Shown here piece after piece: positions 34,501 to 46,580 of a stretch of DNA of 64,000 nucleotides. The position numbers and the translations under genes are program-made. Below the pieces are notes generated by a model, which was given only the letters and a program-made list of their open reading frames with translations, was not told where the DNA came from and did not search any database. Positions within the stretch are counted from its first letter, which is position 1. Each line of letters begins with the position of its first letter. Source of the stretch: Eutreptiella sp. 'Long Island Sound 2002' (taxonomy: Eukaryota > Protista > Euglenida); NCBI GenBank assembly GCA_964036045.1, contig OZ038378.1:199640001-199704000 (forward strand), written 5' to 3'.

Positions 34501-35707
34501 CAAGTGCTTGGGCCCCACTGTCTCCTACTGAACTGTCCGAAAGATTCATGGTCAGAGTATGCAACAAGGGGGTCTCCTTCAGCGCTGCAAGTGCTTGTGC
34601 CCCACTGGCTCCTACTGAATTGTGCCCAAGATCAAGGGTCAGAGTATGCAGCGATGGGGCCTCCTTCAGCGCTGCAAGTGCTTGTGCCCCACTGTCTCCT
34701 ACTGAATAGGAGAAAAGATTCAGGGTCAGAGTATGCAACAACGGGGTCTCCTTCAGCGCTGCAAGTGCTTGTGCCCCACTGGCTCCTACTGAATTGACCG
34801 AAACATCAAGGGTCAGGGCATGCAGCAAGGGGGCCTCCTTCAGTGCTGCAAGTGCTTGGGCCCCACTGTCTCCTACTGAAGTGCCCGAAAGATTCAGGGT
34901 CAGAGTATGCAACAAGGGGGCCTTCTTCAGTGCTGCAAGTGCCTGGGCCCCACTAGCTCCTACTGAATTGGCCGAAAGATTCAGGGTCAGGGTATGCAGA
35001 AAGGGGGCTTCCTTCAGTTCTGCAAGTGCTTGGGCCCCACTAGCTCCTACTGAAGTGTCCCAAAGATCAAGGGTCAGAGTATGCAACAAGGGGGCCTCCT
35101 TCAGTGTTGCAAGTGCTTGGGCCCCACTGTCTCCTACTGAATTGGCCCCAAGATTCAGGGTCAGAGTATGCAACAAGCGGGCCTCCTTCAGTGTTGCAAG
35201 TGCTTGGGCCCCACTAGCTCCTACTGAATTGGCCGAAACATCAAGGGTCAGAGTGTGCAACAAGGGGGCCTCCTTCAGTGCTGCAAGTGCTTGGGCCCCA
35301 CTAGCTCCTACTAAATTGTCCGAAAGATTCAGGGTCAGAGTATGCAACAAGGGGGCCTCCTTCAGTGCTGCAAGTGCTTGTGCCCCACTGTCTCCTACTG
35401 AATCTACTGTTGTTGTTCTATTGTCCGAAAGATCAAGGGCCAGGGTATGCAGCAAGGGGGCCTCCTTCAGTGCTGCAAGTGCTTGGGCCCTACTCTCTCC
35501 GACAGAGGGCACTAGAAAATGTAGTGCTCGTACATTCCCTATCAGTTCTTCCATACACGCCACAATCTGCTCTGCCCCACAATGGATGGCCACATAACGA
35601 TGGCTCCCAAGTACTTTCCTCAGTCTCTTGCACACTTGACTCAGTGACTCTGACTGCAGAAACTCTGCAATGGCATCCCATACTTCCTCAGGCAATGGAG
35701 GTATCAT
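31529..35707 (-). CDS. F-box + leucine-rich-repeat (RNI-like, 29-aa units) protein; 5' 822 codons open, 3' part frameshifted
   Basis: N-terminal LPEEVWDAIAEFL...LSQVCKRLR (F-box-like); ~43 units of LHTLTLxLxxNSVGxSGAQALAxLKEAPL; +1 insertions near 33259, 32826, 32298 and 32128; terminal stop at 31529. Confidence 0.85.
31828..32026. mobile_element. 199-bp insertion in an LRR unit with a 16-bp target-site duplication
   Basis: AGAGTATGCAACAAGG at 31812-31827 and 32027-32042 flanks non-LRR sequence. Confidence 0.8.
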
Positions 35708-38700
35708 TTTGAGCCTGCAGAGAAACAGAATAAACAGAAGCTTTGGAAACTAGCCACACAACACCTAAGCAGAGCTTGAGCAAAGATGCTATGACCATAT
35801 CATATGGGTACCATGCTATGACCATACCAACCCAGGTATGTAAAGCATCTTTTGGGCCATATTTATGTGTTTTTCACCCTATTTGGGTATTGGGTGCCGG
35901 GGGGGGGGGGGTCTCCCAAGGGATTGGTACACAACCTGCTTATGGAGTTTTTCACCCCGGGTAGCTCAAAAATCGAAGTTTTCGAAACTTATTTTTTTGA
36001 CACCGTGATCACCTAACATGACCATCCAAGGTATGTAAAGAATGTATAGGCCGTATTTATGTGTTTTTCACCCTATTGGATATTGGGTGCGCGCGGGGGG
36101 GGGGGGGGCTCCCAAGGGATTGGTACACGACCTGCTTATGCAGTTTCAGCCTATATAGCTCAAAAATCGAAGTTTCCGAAACTTATTTTTTTGATAGTGT
36201 GATCACCTAAAATGACCATCCAAGATATGTAAAGCATGCTTTAGCCCGTATTGATCTAGTTTTTACCCTATTTTGGGTGTGTGTAGCCTGGGGTAAATTC
36301 TCTGCAAGGTGGACTTGCCGAAGGCAATAGAGTTCATTGGGGGATTGGGGATCATTTTGTGTCCCAAAATGATGATTTTACAAGGGGTTAGACGTGCGAT
36401 ACCATATATTGGGGTATGTCACACGAAGGACCCCCAAAAAGAGGGGGGGGTGTATACAATGCCCACACATGCGCTTGATCTAACAACCTCTCTTCGAGGT
36501 GATTCCTTGGTCCTGCTCCATTTGACCTCAAACTCCTGAACATGGTCACCAATTTCCATAGGCCCTTGGGTGATAGTTGGCCCTTTTTGTGAGGAGGCTT
36601 GGCAGAAACATACACTAGCAAGTCTTTGGGACCCCACTTGCCTTCAGGAATGTCCCTTGTGAAATAACGCAAGAGGATGGAACTGGTTGCATAAGCCCTA
36701 CCATATCGGGGAAAGGAGCAGCAGGTTCTCAGGTTCTCCAAAGCATCAAAGCAGAGAAAAGCAACAACATAAGTCCCAGTGCCTGAGGCCACACCCAACA
36801 TGACCAGCAATATGCGTAGATAGTTGGCTTCATGACACCTACCATATCCAGGCCCTGCATAGTTGGAACCATAGGAATAGGATTGGTGGAAGTAGAGAGG
36901 CCAACACAAACACAGGTGGCATTTGCCCTACACATACCGTGCATTGAAACGTTTGTTCTGTGTTACGTGTCACGGAGAGATGGGAAGAGAAAAATGCTGA
37001 TGGGGTTGTTCAGCATCTCCCCAAAAGTCCATACCTTGCCACCAATCCAACGCCATCATTGTTTTCTGCAAACCATTTGTGACACTAGAAACGAAGCCTT
37101 AGCATGCCATCAAACACTTTGTTCAATGCATCAACTGCCTCTACCTCAATTTTGCGTTGTGGCTAGCATTTTGCCTTCGAGAGGGCAGGCTCCGCAAACC
37201 TTGTGAAAAAGGCTGAATGTCAATTTTAGCCAACCTAGGAATCTGTCCCACGAATGCGGGCCCAAAACAAGATAATGTGAAGGTGGGGAGAGGAACCTAA
37301 CCCTCAAGGGGGTGGGTGGGTCATTTTGCATGAGTGGCTTCTTTTGTCGGGGTGCGTCATTTTGCAGAGCAGGGTCATTTGGGGGGGGGGGGTATGGCAA
37401 TTTACTTGGGTGAGTCATTTTGCCGGGGTGGGTCATTTTTCGGAGGTGGGTCATTTTGTGGTGATAAGTTACTTTCTAGCGGGGTAGGTCAATCATGGAT
37501 TGGGTACTTTTGCAGGACTGGCTCTAGAAGGCGGGGAGGGACACAGGCATCAGGCATAGGCACAAAACAACCAAAACATTTCGTATCACATCACCTCAAT
37601 TTTATGGATGACCTCAGCCACACACTACAAATGTAGCAGGGCCATGAGGGGCGGTTTTCAAATAACCACCATGCTCCAACCCTCATGCCACATGTGTGGG
37701 TAGCACCTAGCCCTGGTTCTGTAAAATACCCAGTGTGTAGGGGTAAAGGTGCATGATGATGCACCCAAAAGAGCAAAAATCACGCAACGTTTGGGCACAA
37801 ATACTCATTGGTGTAGGCCACACATGCATCCAGCACTTGGATGTATCATGCACTACACACCACGTCACAATGCGTAATGCATGCAAGCACAACTAGCGCA
37901 ACAGCAAGGGGGCTTGCCACACTATGCATCTGCCGTTGCGAGCATTATTGAAGGCATGTCCCAGGCACTTCACCCCCACACCTTTGTAGGCACGGGCATT
38001 TTCGTAGGTGCTTTGCTCCACCATCTGTGTAAGCCTTCACGGCACAGCTGCAAGCCGGCACTTTCATGGGCACCTTTTGCATCAAGCCATTGCCACATGG
38101 GTCAGGGTGGCATGAAAATTGACTCATATCCTGCTGTTTCTTGAGGTCCCAAAAATATGCAAGGAGGACTGTAACGGTTGCATAACCCATGGTGTCTGAA
38201 GGCTGCCAAGGTATGCAGGACCCACATGGCTCCATAAGCACTACTGTCTTGGGGTCCCCAAACGAAGTTAGACAGTGGGATAGCACTGACAAAGGGCCGT
38301 GACGCCTAAAAAGATGCTTGGTGTGTGACGGTGCGAGCATGCACCGTAAAGCTCCCTCTGTGCACCAAATCCGTGCACCAAATCCAAACCTATATGCAAA
38401 TTCACATTTTCCGACATCGATGGTTTCACTGATTCATCAAAAACTTCAAAATCTTTTTTGCCCAGATCACATGGCCCCTTCAGATTGATAATCATGATGG
38501 GAAAGAAATGCAGGACCTGCAGGTCATGTCTGAAAATTTTGCAGGTTCCATGTTGAGTATACTGCGAGCCTCAGAGAAAATGTAGGCGGGGTTGGTATGG
38601 TGCTGTTGCATCTTGCCTGCGAGTTACATAAAAGTGAGGCGAAAAGGCAACACAAGAGGGTCGTGGGTTGCAGTGTGCAGGGACAAAGGCATGGAGGCTG

Positions 38701-39856
38701 GTGGCAAAATCTTGAAGTGACGTGAAAATTGCTTGGACTGGGGTTTGGGTTAACACGCAGTGGCCACTGCAGATGCACAAAAATTTGTTTAGCCCTGCAC
38801 ACATAGACAACTGCCCTTTCCAGAGCCCTTACCGGCAACGGACCTGATAGATGCTGGGGTTATATCTATTCACTTTGTCACCAAATGACACCCAAACCCG
38901 TCTCATCCCTGGGTTCGCAGTTTTTCAGTCAACTGCTGCACGGTGCATGTAGAATAAAAAACTCGGCTTGGGGCTGGGTCTGGGTCGACGCATCGTGGTT
39001 GCTACGGCCAACCAAACCAAGTTTTGTCTTCCTGCCGCCAACAAGTAGCCAATCAGACCAAACCCCGGCGCAGGAGTTTTTCGACCAAACGGCCGGGAGG
39101 CCCCCAATTCACTGCTCTCATTCCTGAGGCTCAAGAACACTAACAGACAGCAGAGCAATGGCATGGGTCAGCTCACAACCCTGTACAAGGTCTAAACAAC
39201 TCCTTCCTTTTTGCAAAAGAAGGGTGGAGCAGAAATGGTGCAGATCTGTGAACATAGTGGAATGGGTTATTGTTATTACATGTTGTTGAAGGAGGTGACA
39301 TTTTGTAGAATAGGTGCACAGAAAAGCAGTACTCACACCTGGTCCCTTTAGCAGCTGATGGCAGCTACATGCCTTGGAGGCCAAAGGGAAGGAGAATTGT
39401 GGAACCCGTGGGGGGGTGGCCTTGGAAGCAATTGAGCAGGGGAGGCAGGAGCTACGGGATAGTACAGGAGGATTTGGGGCATATTAATGCGTCGGTCAGG
39501 AGTGATGGTAAGTACTGATTGATGGCCAACGAGCAGAGTTTCGTATTATTCGAGGCCATGGGTCATGCTTTGAGGCACTGGGGGATAGTTCATCAAAGGT
39601 CTAATGGCCAATGTGTTGAACGGCATAAAGCCCGCAACTGTTCTCAATTGCTTCTCGTCACCCAAACAGGTCGTCACTGTTGCGACGCATTTGGGCAATG
39701 TGCAGCAGTGAGCGGTGTTCGTATCTCGAATGTGCTGACCACACTTGCGCCAATGCTTTGGGAATGCAGAAACAAAATGGAACATCCGATACACACTGCG
39801 CACAACAGGCCCATCTCAAACCACCTGGTGACCCATATCAAGCTCTGTGACGAGGG

Positions 39857-40141
39857 TCAATTGATGGCAAATGCCGTCACGGCCGCCTGATTTGCAAAGC
39901 CGTCCTTGGGTTCATCATAGCCTGCGTACTGATACAGCACTGGCCCCTGCGTCGTGCCGGCCAGCAGCAAATTGTTGGAGCCTGCAGCAAAGTCCATGTG
40001 TGTTACGGAGGCTCCCTCGAAGGGGAGCTGCAAGCGACGGGAACTGCCACTCTCTGTGTCGCACACCACCAGCCGGTCATGCTCAGCACAGGCTACAAAA
40101 GAGGTTCTCTCCACCACGTCATCTATCAATATGCGGTTATC
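39857..40141 (-). CDS. RFWD3: RFWD3-like E3 ligase, exon 5 (WD40 end)
   Basis: CAG|GAT; DNRILIDDVVERTSFVACAEHDRLVVCD...VTHMDFAAGSNNLLLAGT...AIN*. Confidence 0.75.
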   Translation of the reverse strand, partial: DNRILIDDVVERTSFVACAEHDRLVVCDTESGSSRRLQLPFEGASVTHMDFAAGSNNLLLAGTTQGPVLYQYAGYDEPKDGFANQAAVTAFAIN

Positions 40142-40214
40142 CTGAGGCATCAAGAGGTAGTGCAGTAAGGGAGAGGGCATGGAGTGTGGTGTAACATGGG
40201 AGGGGGGGAGGGGC

Positions 40215-40426
40215 AGGGGTGCATTAGAAGGGAAGGGGCCCCAGAGGCGGCCCCAGAGGCGGTTAGGCAGGCAGTTGGGGGGGGTTGCCGAAGCGGTTGG
40301 GGGCGGTTATTGTCGGTTACAAACACCATTGAAGCCGGCATTTGCCGTCATGGGGACAGTGGCTGGGCATAGGCCGGGCTCCCTCGAGGGGGAGGGGGGT
40401 ACCTCCCCCCCTTCCAATGCATCCCT
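40215..40426 (+). mobile_element. MITE-like element with imperfect ~18-bp TIRs
   Basis: AGGGGTGCATTAGAAGGG ... CCCTTCCAATGCATCCCT. Confidence 0.75.
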
Positions 40427-40483
40427 GGGGAGGGGGGCAGCAAGGGAGGGGGAGGGGGGATGGAAGGATGGGGTTGGGCCGGG

Positions 40484-40935
40484 GTGAATTGGGCGGACAG
40501 GACTGGAATGGACTGGGGCATGTCGGGACTGCACTACCCTGGGTTTCATTTGGATGGGCGGTACCAAATTGGATTCGACTGGGCCGCGTTGGAGTGGGTT
40601 GACATGGAGCACACTGGACATGGAGCACACTGGACCTGGGGGACCCACCGGGATTGGGCTGCAATGACCTGCACGGGACTGGGCTGCATGGGACGAGGTG
40701 GGACGGGACGGGCCGGATTGAAGTGGATTGGACTGAGCTGGGCTTAGCCTTGTACGCACCAAAATCCGCTGCAGGACCGATTTCAAAACCAGCGCTGGTG
40801 TAAAGAGCCTAAACTGCGGAATGGGGTCAGTTTCTGCTGCATTCATTCAGGGCACAAAACGGGATTGGACCCGAGTGAATTAGACTGGAACGCACTGTTT
40901 TCGATGGGCCCATTGGAGTGGACTGGGCCGGACAG
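40484..40935. repeat. Degenerate pentamer satellite (GGACT/GGATT/GGAAT)n, intronic
   Basis: Two blocks at 40484-40745 and 40860-40935; same type at 44085-44400. Confidence 0.8.
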
Positions 40936-41059
40936 AACGGAAGGCAGCAACCAGAAGCCCACAACGAACCAGGGGTGCGGGGGATACCTGCCCATGCTGC
41001 GTGCTGAATGCGCACGCCACCGTGGGGCACGGTAGAGCACTGCTGCCCCCCACAGTGAC

Positions 41060-41521
41060 CTCTGCCCACTCTCCATCCTCCTGCTCCACCATCTCCCGCG
41101 CTGGCGACAGCAATGCTGCATCCACCGCCCGCAAGAAATGGGCCGCCATTGACGTCGGTGTGCGGCTCAGGCGCCAGACCTCATATCCTGCGGCACTGCA
41201 CACTGCCAGACGATGGGTCAAGGGGTCCAGAGAGACATGGCGCACGCGCGCCGCCGGGATCAGGGGCATGGATTCCCACGAATCGAAAAGGAACGGGTCC
41301 GGCATCGTGCACTGTGCCCCAAAGTACGAGACGCCGCACGCGGTGCCCACCACAAGCCCCGGCCACGAGCCAGGCCCGGCACCGCTTGGAACCGACTCTG
41401 TGGGGGTGTCCCGGTCGCACCTGCGAGTCCGAGTAGGACTTGCCTCGATGCAACATTCGTCGTCGTCGTCGTCGTCCAGAACGATGGCCTGCACGGCACT
41501 TCCTTCTTTGCAGCCAGTGAC
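41060..41521 (-). CDS. RFWD3: RFWD3-like exon 4
   Basis: AG/GT-bounded, 462 nt, phase 0/0; VTGCKEGSAVQAIVLDDDDDD...VRHVSLDPLTHRLAVCSAAGYEVWRL...GEWAE. Confidence 0.8.
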
Positions 41522-42842
41522 CTGGAAATGAAGGAGCTATCCCCAGAAATGGCCGTCCAATCCCCGCCCCCTCCCACCAACAGCAAAGCCGATATACACA
41601 ACTCGGCACAAACAAAAGTAGGCTGCGCACTTGGCGCAGAGCAATGTGAACAGGGAAGGGCGATGGACCGGACGGTGTGGACGAAGCATCCTTGAGCAGA
41701 CTTACGCTGTTGAACAGAGCGGTGCACCAGGGGCTGACTGGAAGTGATTTGCCTGGGAGGCGGGCAGGGCTTCTTTTGAGCAGGGGGGGGGAGGGGGGGA
41801 GGGGGTTTTGGACCCAAAACTTGGTGTACCAAAAATGGCCTGACCAGATTTTCCCTCTTGTAAATTTCGGTTTTTCCCACGATGGTCACTTTGGTCTGGG
41901 GAGGGGGGGAGGGGGTTTTGGGGGAGGGGTCCCCCCCCCCCTTGGTTTTTAATTATTCTAAAGAAGCCCTGGAGGCGGGGGGTTGGGTGGTTTGGGAGGG
42001 ACAGGGGCGACTTGCTTGAGCAGGGGGGGGGGTCCCCCCCTGTCGGAATGAAAATGAAAGCAAGTCCCTGGGGGAGGGGGGGGGCTCTTGTGTGTAGAAG
42101 ACTGGCAGAAGCATGTAGCATGTTGAGCAGGATGCAGCTCAAAGGGGAGTGTGCCACGGCGGGGAAACTGCGGGATTGCCCCGCTGCACAGGCGACGGGC
42201 TGACGGCCGCTGCGGGCGCGCTCCGTCTGGGGGGCGGGCATGCGGATGGAGGGACCTGCACGGCTACAACACCGGGCCCACGGCCCCTGCGTGCGGACGT
42301 TGTGCCGCGCCTCCGCCTCCGCGAGTCCACGCTGGTGCCCAGCCGTGTACCCCCCCCCTCGGGGCCCATCCTTCAGCCCGACACCCCCCCCCCCAAGAGC
42401 CTGGCAGCGGTGCAGGACGGCACGGATATGGAATGCGCCTTCGACGGGCAGATGCATTGCCCCGGTTTCCCACACAAACACGCAGCAGCCGTTTGAAGGA
42501 TCCTCCAAACGTTCGGGGGGGGCGGGGGCATGGCGATCAGGGAGGGGCAAATCCAATTGCAAAAATTTCGAAAAAAAAATGCGAAAATTTGCGAAAAATG
42601 CGCGAAAATTTCGAAAAATTGCGGTGCCGCAACCAAACCTCCCAAATCTCAAGGAGCAACACTTCTGCACAAGGATCAGAATGCTTCTGTGTCTCTTCAA
42701 ACAAACAATTACCAAAAAATTGCCAAGAATTGCGAAATTGCAAAAATTGCGAAATTGCGGGAAATGGCGAACCGTTGTCAGTGCACCACTTTTCCAAGCA
42801 TCCCCCCATTTTCACAGATGGGACGCAATGGTACTGACACAC

Positions 42843-43561
42843 CTCAACCAAGTCGTCGTCGTCCTCCTCGTCAACATCAACAACAATGACATCGCCGGAG
42901 TCATTGGCGGGGGCCGGCTCGTGAGGGCTATCATTCCGGAGGTCGAAGCACACCTCCTCCGGCTTGGCCACAGGGATGTGTTCGTCCTTGGGCTCCACGT
43001 GCATGGAAACTGCTGAAAAGCTGTTGCAGGGCACGGGAGAGCATGAGGAGGAGGAGCTGGGGAAGAACGCAGAAGAGTGCGCAGAGGAGGTGGAAGAGGC
43101 CGCAGAGGAAAAGTAAGAAGGGCAGAACGCAGATGGAAAGGGCGCGGAGGATGAGGAAGAAGATGATGTAGATGTAGATGAGGATGAGGAGGAGGAGGAG
43201 GAGGAGGAGGAGGAGGAGGATGGAAAGGTTGAAGAAGAAAAGGCCGATGAAGATGTAGAAAGCCACCCTGAAGATGGCACAGCGCAGGAGGACAGAGCTG
43301 AGGATGATGATGACGATGAGGATGATGATGACGATGAGGTGGCAAAGGGCGCGGGTGACGAGGAGGAATTGCAGTCAGTGTCCACAGGAGAAGCACTGCG
43401 CCACATGCTGTCGCCCCAGGCAGAGGAGGCTTTTGAGGTGGTGGTGTTGTCCGTGGTGGGGGTGCTCAGTCCGTTCTGGAGTTTATGGTCCCCCGTGCGG
43501 ACGGGCAGGTCACAGTAGTCCAGGGAGATGATGGGAGCAGGCCTGGAACAGTCTTGAATTC
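42843..43561 (-). CDS. RFWD3: RFWD3-like exon 3 (Ser-rich/acidic low-complexity insert)
   Basis: AG/GT-bounded, 719 nt, phase 1/0; (G)IQDCSRPAPIISLDYCDLP...poly-Ser...DVDEEDDDDLVE. Confidence 0.75.
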
Positions 43562-44084
43562 CTGAAGAGCATGGCAGAGATCCAGGCAAATGCACTGGAA
43601 GAGGTGGTGAGTGGGGGTTGGGGGGGGTGGCAGATAGATTGGGTGGACCTTCTGCCGCAAGAAGGCATTCCCAGACCACAAGCAGACAAGCAACCGGCCC
43701 GAGACAATACACCTGAGACAATGCATCTGACCATTGAAGTGGAGTGGAGGTCTGGAAAGGCAATGAAGCCGGGCGGGTGGAAAATTGCCCCACGGTTCTG
43801 TCAGGCCATTACAGGGGCAGACGGTCTGCATGGGACCGACATGGGGACCAAAAACCAAGGAAAAAAATGAAAATGGCATTTTTGGAATCAGCGTGTCGAG
43901 GGGGGTCAGAAACGTGGTCATTTGCCCCCTTTTCATGAAAAAAAATCTCGAAATATTCGAAGAAAAAAAACGGCCAAAATCAAGGCCCCTGAAAGAAAAG
44001 CCCCCTTTCTCACCCCCCCCCCCTTCCCTTGAGGTCGTGCGGGATCGTACGTGGGGGTTTATCATGCAGCAGTTGCCAGTCGGC

Positions 44085-44400
44085 TGGATGGACGGGGCTG
44101 GATTTGTTGGCATTCACTCTGGGTTGCAAAGGAATAGGATGCGATCAGAGTGGACTGGATTGGGTGCTTTAACAGGATGGGGCAAGGCTGCATCGGGTCT
44201 GTATTGGAGTGGAGTGCACTGAATTGCACTGGATTGGATTGCATTGGACTCGACCAGATTTGATGAGACTGCACCACGCTACACCTTGTGTCAAACGGGA
44301 TGGATCGCCCGGAACACATGGATTGGAATGCACCAGATTGCCGCTGGAATTGGACTGGTCTGCGATTGGGCTGGATTGGGCTGAACAGGACGGGGCTGGA
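44085..44400. repeat. Degenerate pentamer satellite (GGACT/GGATT)n
   Basis: e.g. GCACTGGATTGGATTGCATTGGACTCGACC. Confidence 0.8.
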
Positions 44401-44527
44401 CAGGCCGGCGGCAGGGGCCATGTTCCGCAGGAGCCAAGGCCCCCAGCGCAAACCGCCCTCCGGCTGCCCCTCAGCAGCAACAGCGGTGCCGCACCAGAGC
44501 CGCCCTCCGCTGCGCACGCGCGCACAC

Positions 44528-45086
44528 CTGTCGGCCGCCACTGCACCGCCTGCCGCGTGTGGCGCAGGTCGTAGAGGCACACGCAGCCGCCCCGGGTCCC
44601 GAGGTACACCGAGCTCAGCCCACCGGGCCCCACGGCGCAGCACGTGCCCATGTGCTCCCCCAAGTGCGCCACCGCCCCCTCCGACCGCGTGCGCAGGTCC
44701 AGCGTGCGCACTGTCGAGTCCGCCAGCACCGCCACGACGGCCCCCATCCCCGCGTCCTGGAACTGCATCACCGCCGCTGAGCCCGGGCCACGGGCGAAGC
44801 CGTGCCGCTCACAGCGCTCCACCCGCGCCGCAGGGCCGTGGGCGGCCGCCCCGTAGTGCACGTCCACGACGGCGAAGCCGCAGGCGTCGGCGCCGGCGCC
44901 GGCGTTGCTGACCAGCAGTTTCCGGCCGTTGGTGTGGCGGAGGAAGCGCGCGCAGGAGACGCGCCCTGCGACCGGTAGCGGGTACGCGAGGGCGACAGGG
45001 AAGAGGTGCTTGCGGGCCACGGCGGAGTTCCATTCGGTGATGTGGGGCAGGAGGGCGAAGAGGGACTGGAACTGCTGGTGTTGTGC
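44528..45086 (-). CDS. RFWD3: RFWD3-like exon 2 (coiled-coil end + WD40)
   Basis: AG/GT-bounded, 559 nt; ...STVRTLDLRT...GTCCAVGPGGLSSVYLGTRGGCVCLYDLRH. Confidence 0.85.
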
Positions 45087-45869
45087 CTGGGGAATGGCGG
45101 GGCGGGGCCGGGGTGCCAAAACAAGGGGGACAGGGTGTTTGGGCAGGGGTACGCCAGGGCACTGCACAACCCAAGCGGCATCACTGATGGACACCCACCG
45201 GCAGTCACGCATAGCCCAGGCTGATCCTTCTGGGGTCCAACGCAGGCCTTTGCTTAGTAATACTGGAGAGCAGAGAGAGCTATGGTCAGTTCTCATTGAC
45301 TGAATGCCCCCGCCATAGGCACTTTCAGGTGGAGAATGTAAGTCGTGCACAAAAAAATCGCCATATTGTGTAATGTTATTTTTTTGCTGTCAGCGTGTGT
45401 ATTTTTTTTTTAATTGTTCTATTTTGAAGTGTCGGTTTGGACTGCCTCTGTGGGATTCATTGTGCACATCCCAAAAATATTTTCAACTCGTCTTGCAGCT
45501 GTGTGCAGAAAGCTTGGTCAAAAAAAGTACATGATGTGGCGATTTTTGTTGTACACATGCCGACAGCACAAAAAGAAATACATGACTCACAACATACACC
45601 ATTATCAGCCTCTAGTCCAACGACGTGTGTCCTTCACAGTAAAACTGCAATCCACTGTGTGCACTGGGCTGTGCCCTTCTTCGAAGGGGTCAGGGAGCTT
45701 GGTCAACCGTCAACGTTGCCCCCAATTCCAAATAACTTGTTCATTGCAGCGTTCTCCTTGCCCTTGTTCCTCTTGGCTTGCAACAGAGTGTGATGCTGCT
45801 GGTGCCACCTGTGCTCTTGAATTCTATTGCCTTCGGCAAGGCACCTCGAAGAGGGGAGAGGGATGATCA

Positions 45870-46122
45870 TTTTGGATTCGAACCGCCGACCTAAGAGTCC
45901 GCGGCCGGCTGCATTACCGTTCGACCGCTACTTGTTCTAACAGCAGTTGTCCTCCCCACTGCTTGGAGCCGAGTCTGCCATTGAAAAACAACCCAAACTG
46001 TGTGTTTCTATCTGCTTGCCTGCTTGCCGGAATGACTATATGACTGTCTGCTGGCCTGACTAACTGACTGATTGGTTGACTGTCACCTCTCTTTGAGGTG
46101 CACTGCCGAAGGCAATAGAATT
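45870..46122 (-). mobile_element. Hairpin + microsatellite + tRNA-like element (reverse copy)
   Basis: Reverse complement starts AATTCTATTGCCTTCGGCA and ends ...GGCGGTTCGAATCC (B-box at 45884-45874). Confidence 0.7.
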
Positions 46123-46504
46123 TTGCAAAAAAAAATTTGATATTGTGACCACTCACAACGATAAAATATGCTATTTGAAGCATGTTTTAGACCCTCTTTG
46201 TGTGTATTGTCACCCTATTTGGGTGTTGAGGGGGTCCCAAGCGGGCTAGGGCACAACCTGCTGATGCAGTTTTCTAGTCTCGGCAGCTCAAAAATGGAAA
46301 TTTCCGAAACTGATTTTTTTGATATTCTGATCATTCAAAATGATCAAATATCCTATGTAAAGCATGTTTTAGCCCCTCTTGATGTGTTTTTCACCCTATT
46401 TGGGTGTTTTTTTTTGGGGGGGGGGGGGGGCTGCCAAGGGGGCTGGGGCACAACCCGCTTGTGCAGTTTTCCGGTCGGCCGACAATCGCGGTGGTGCCAC
46501 AAAC

Positions 46505-46580
46505 AACAGCCGGCCGGCCAGGTTTCGAACCGCCCACCTACAATTCTGCGGTCGGCTGCATTACCATTCGACTGCTGTTT
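46505..46580 (-). repeat. tRNA-like module
   Basis: Reverse complement GCAGTCGAATGGTAATGCAGCCGACCGCAG...GGCGGTTCGAAACC, related to 45870-45930. Confidence 0.6.

Noticed and set aside
32207-35597. Plus-strand repetitive ORFs (RVRVCNKGASFSAASAWAPLSP / LQVLGPHCLLLN)
   Set aside because: Antisense shadows of the 87-bp LRR repeat, whose period is a multiple of three
36388-38340. Protein-coding genes from ORFs 36388-36909 and 37945-38340
   Set aside because: They share a short similar segment (AYATSSILLRYF / GYATVTVLLAYF), suggesting decayed repeat copies; no domain and no splice-consistent model
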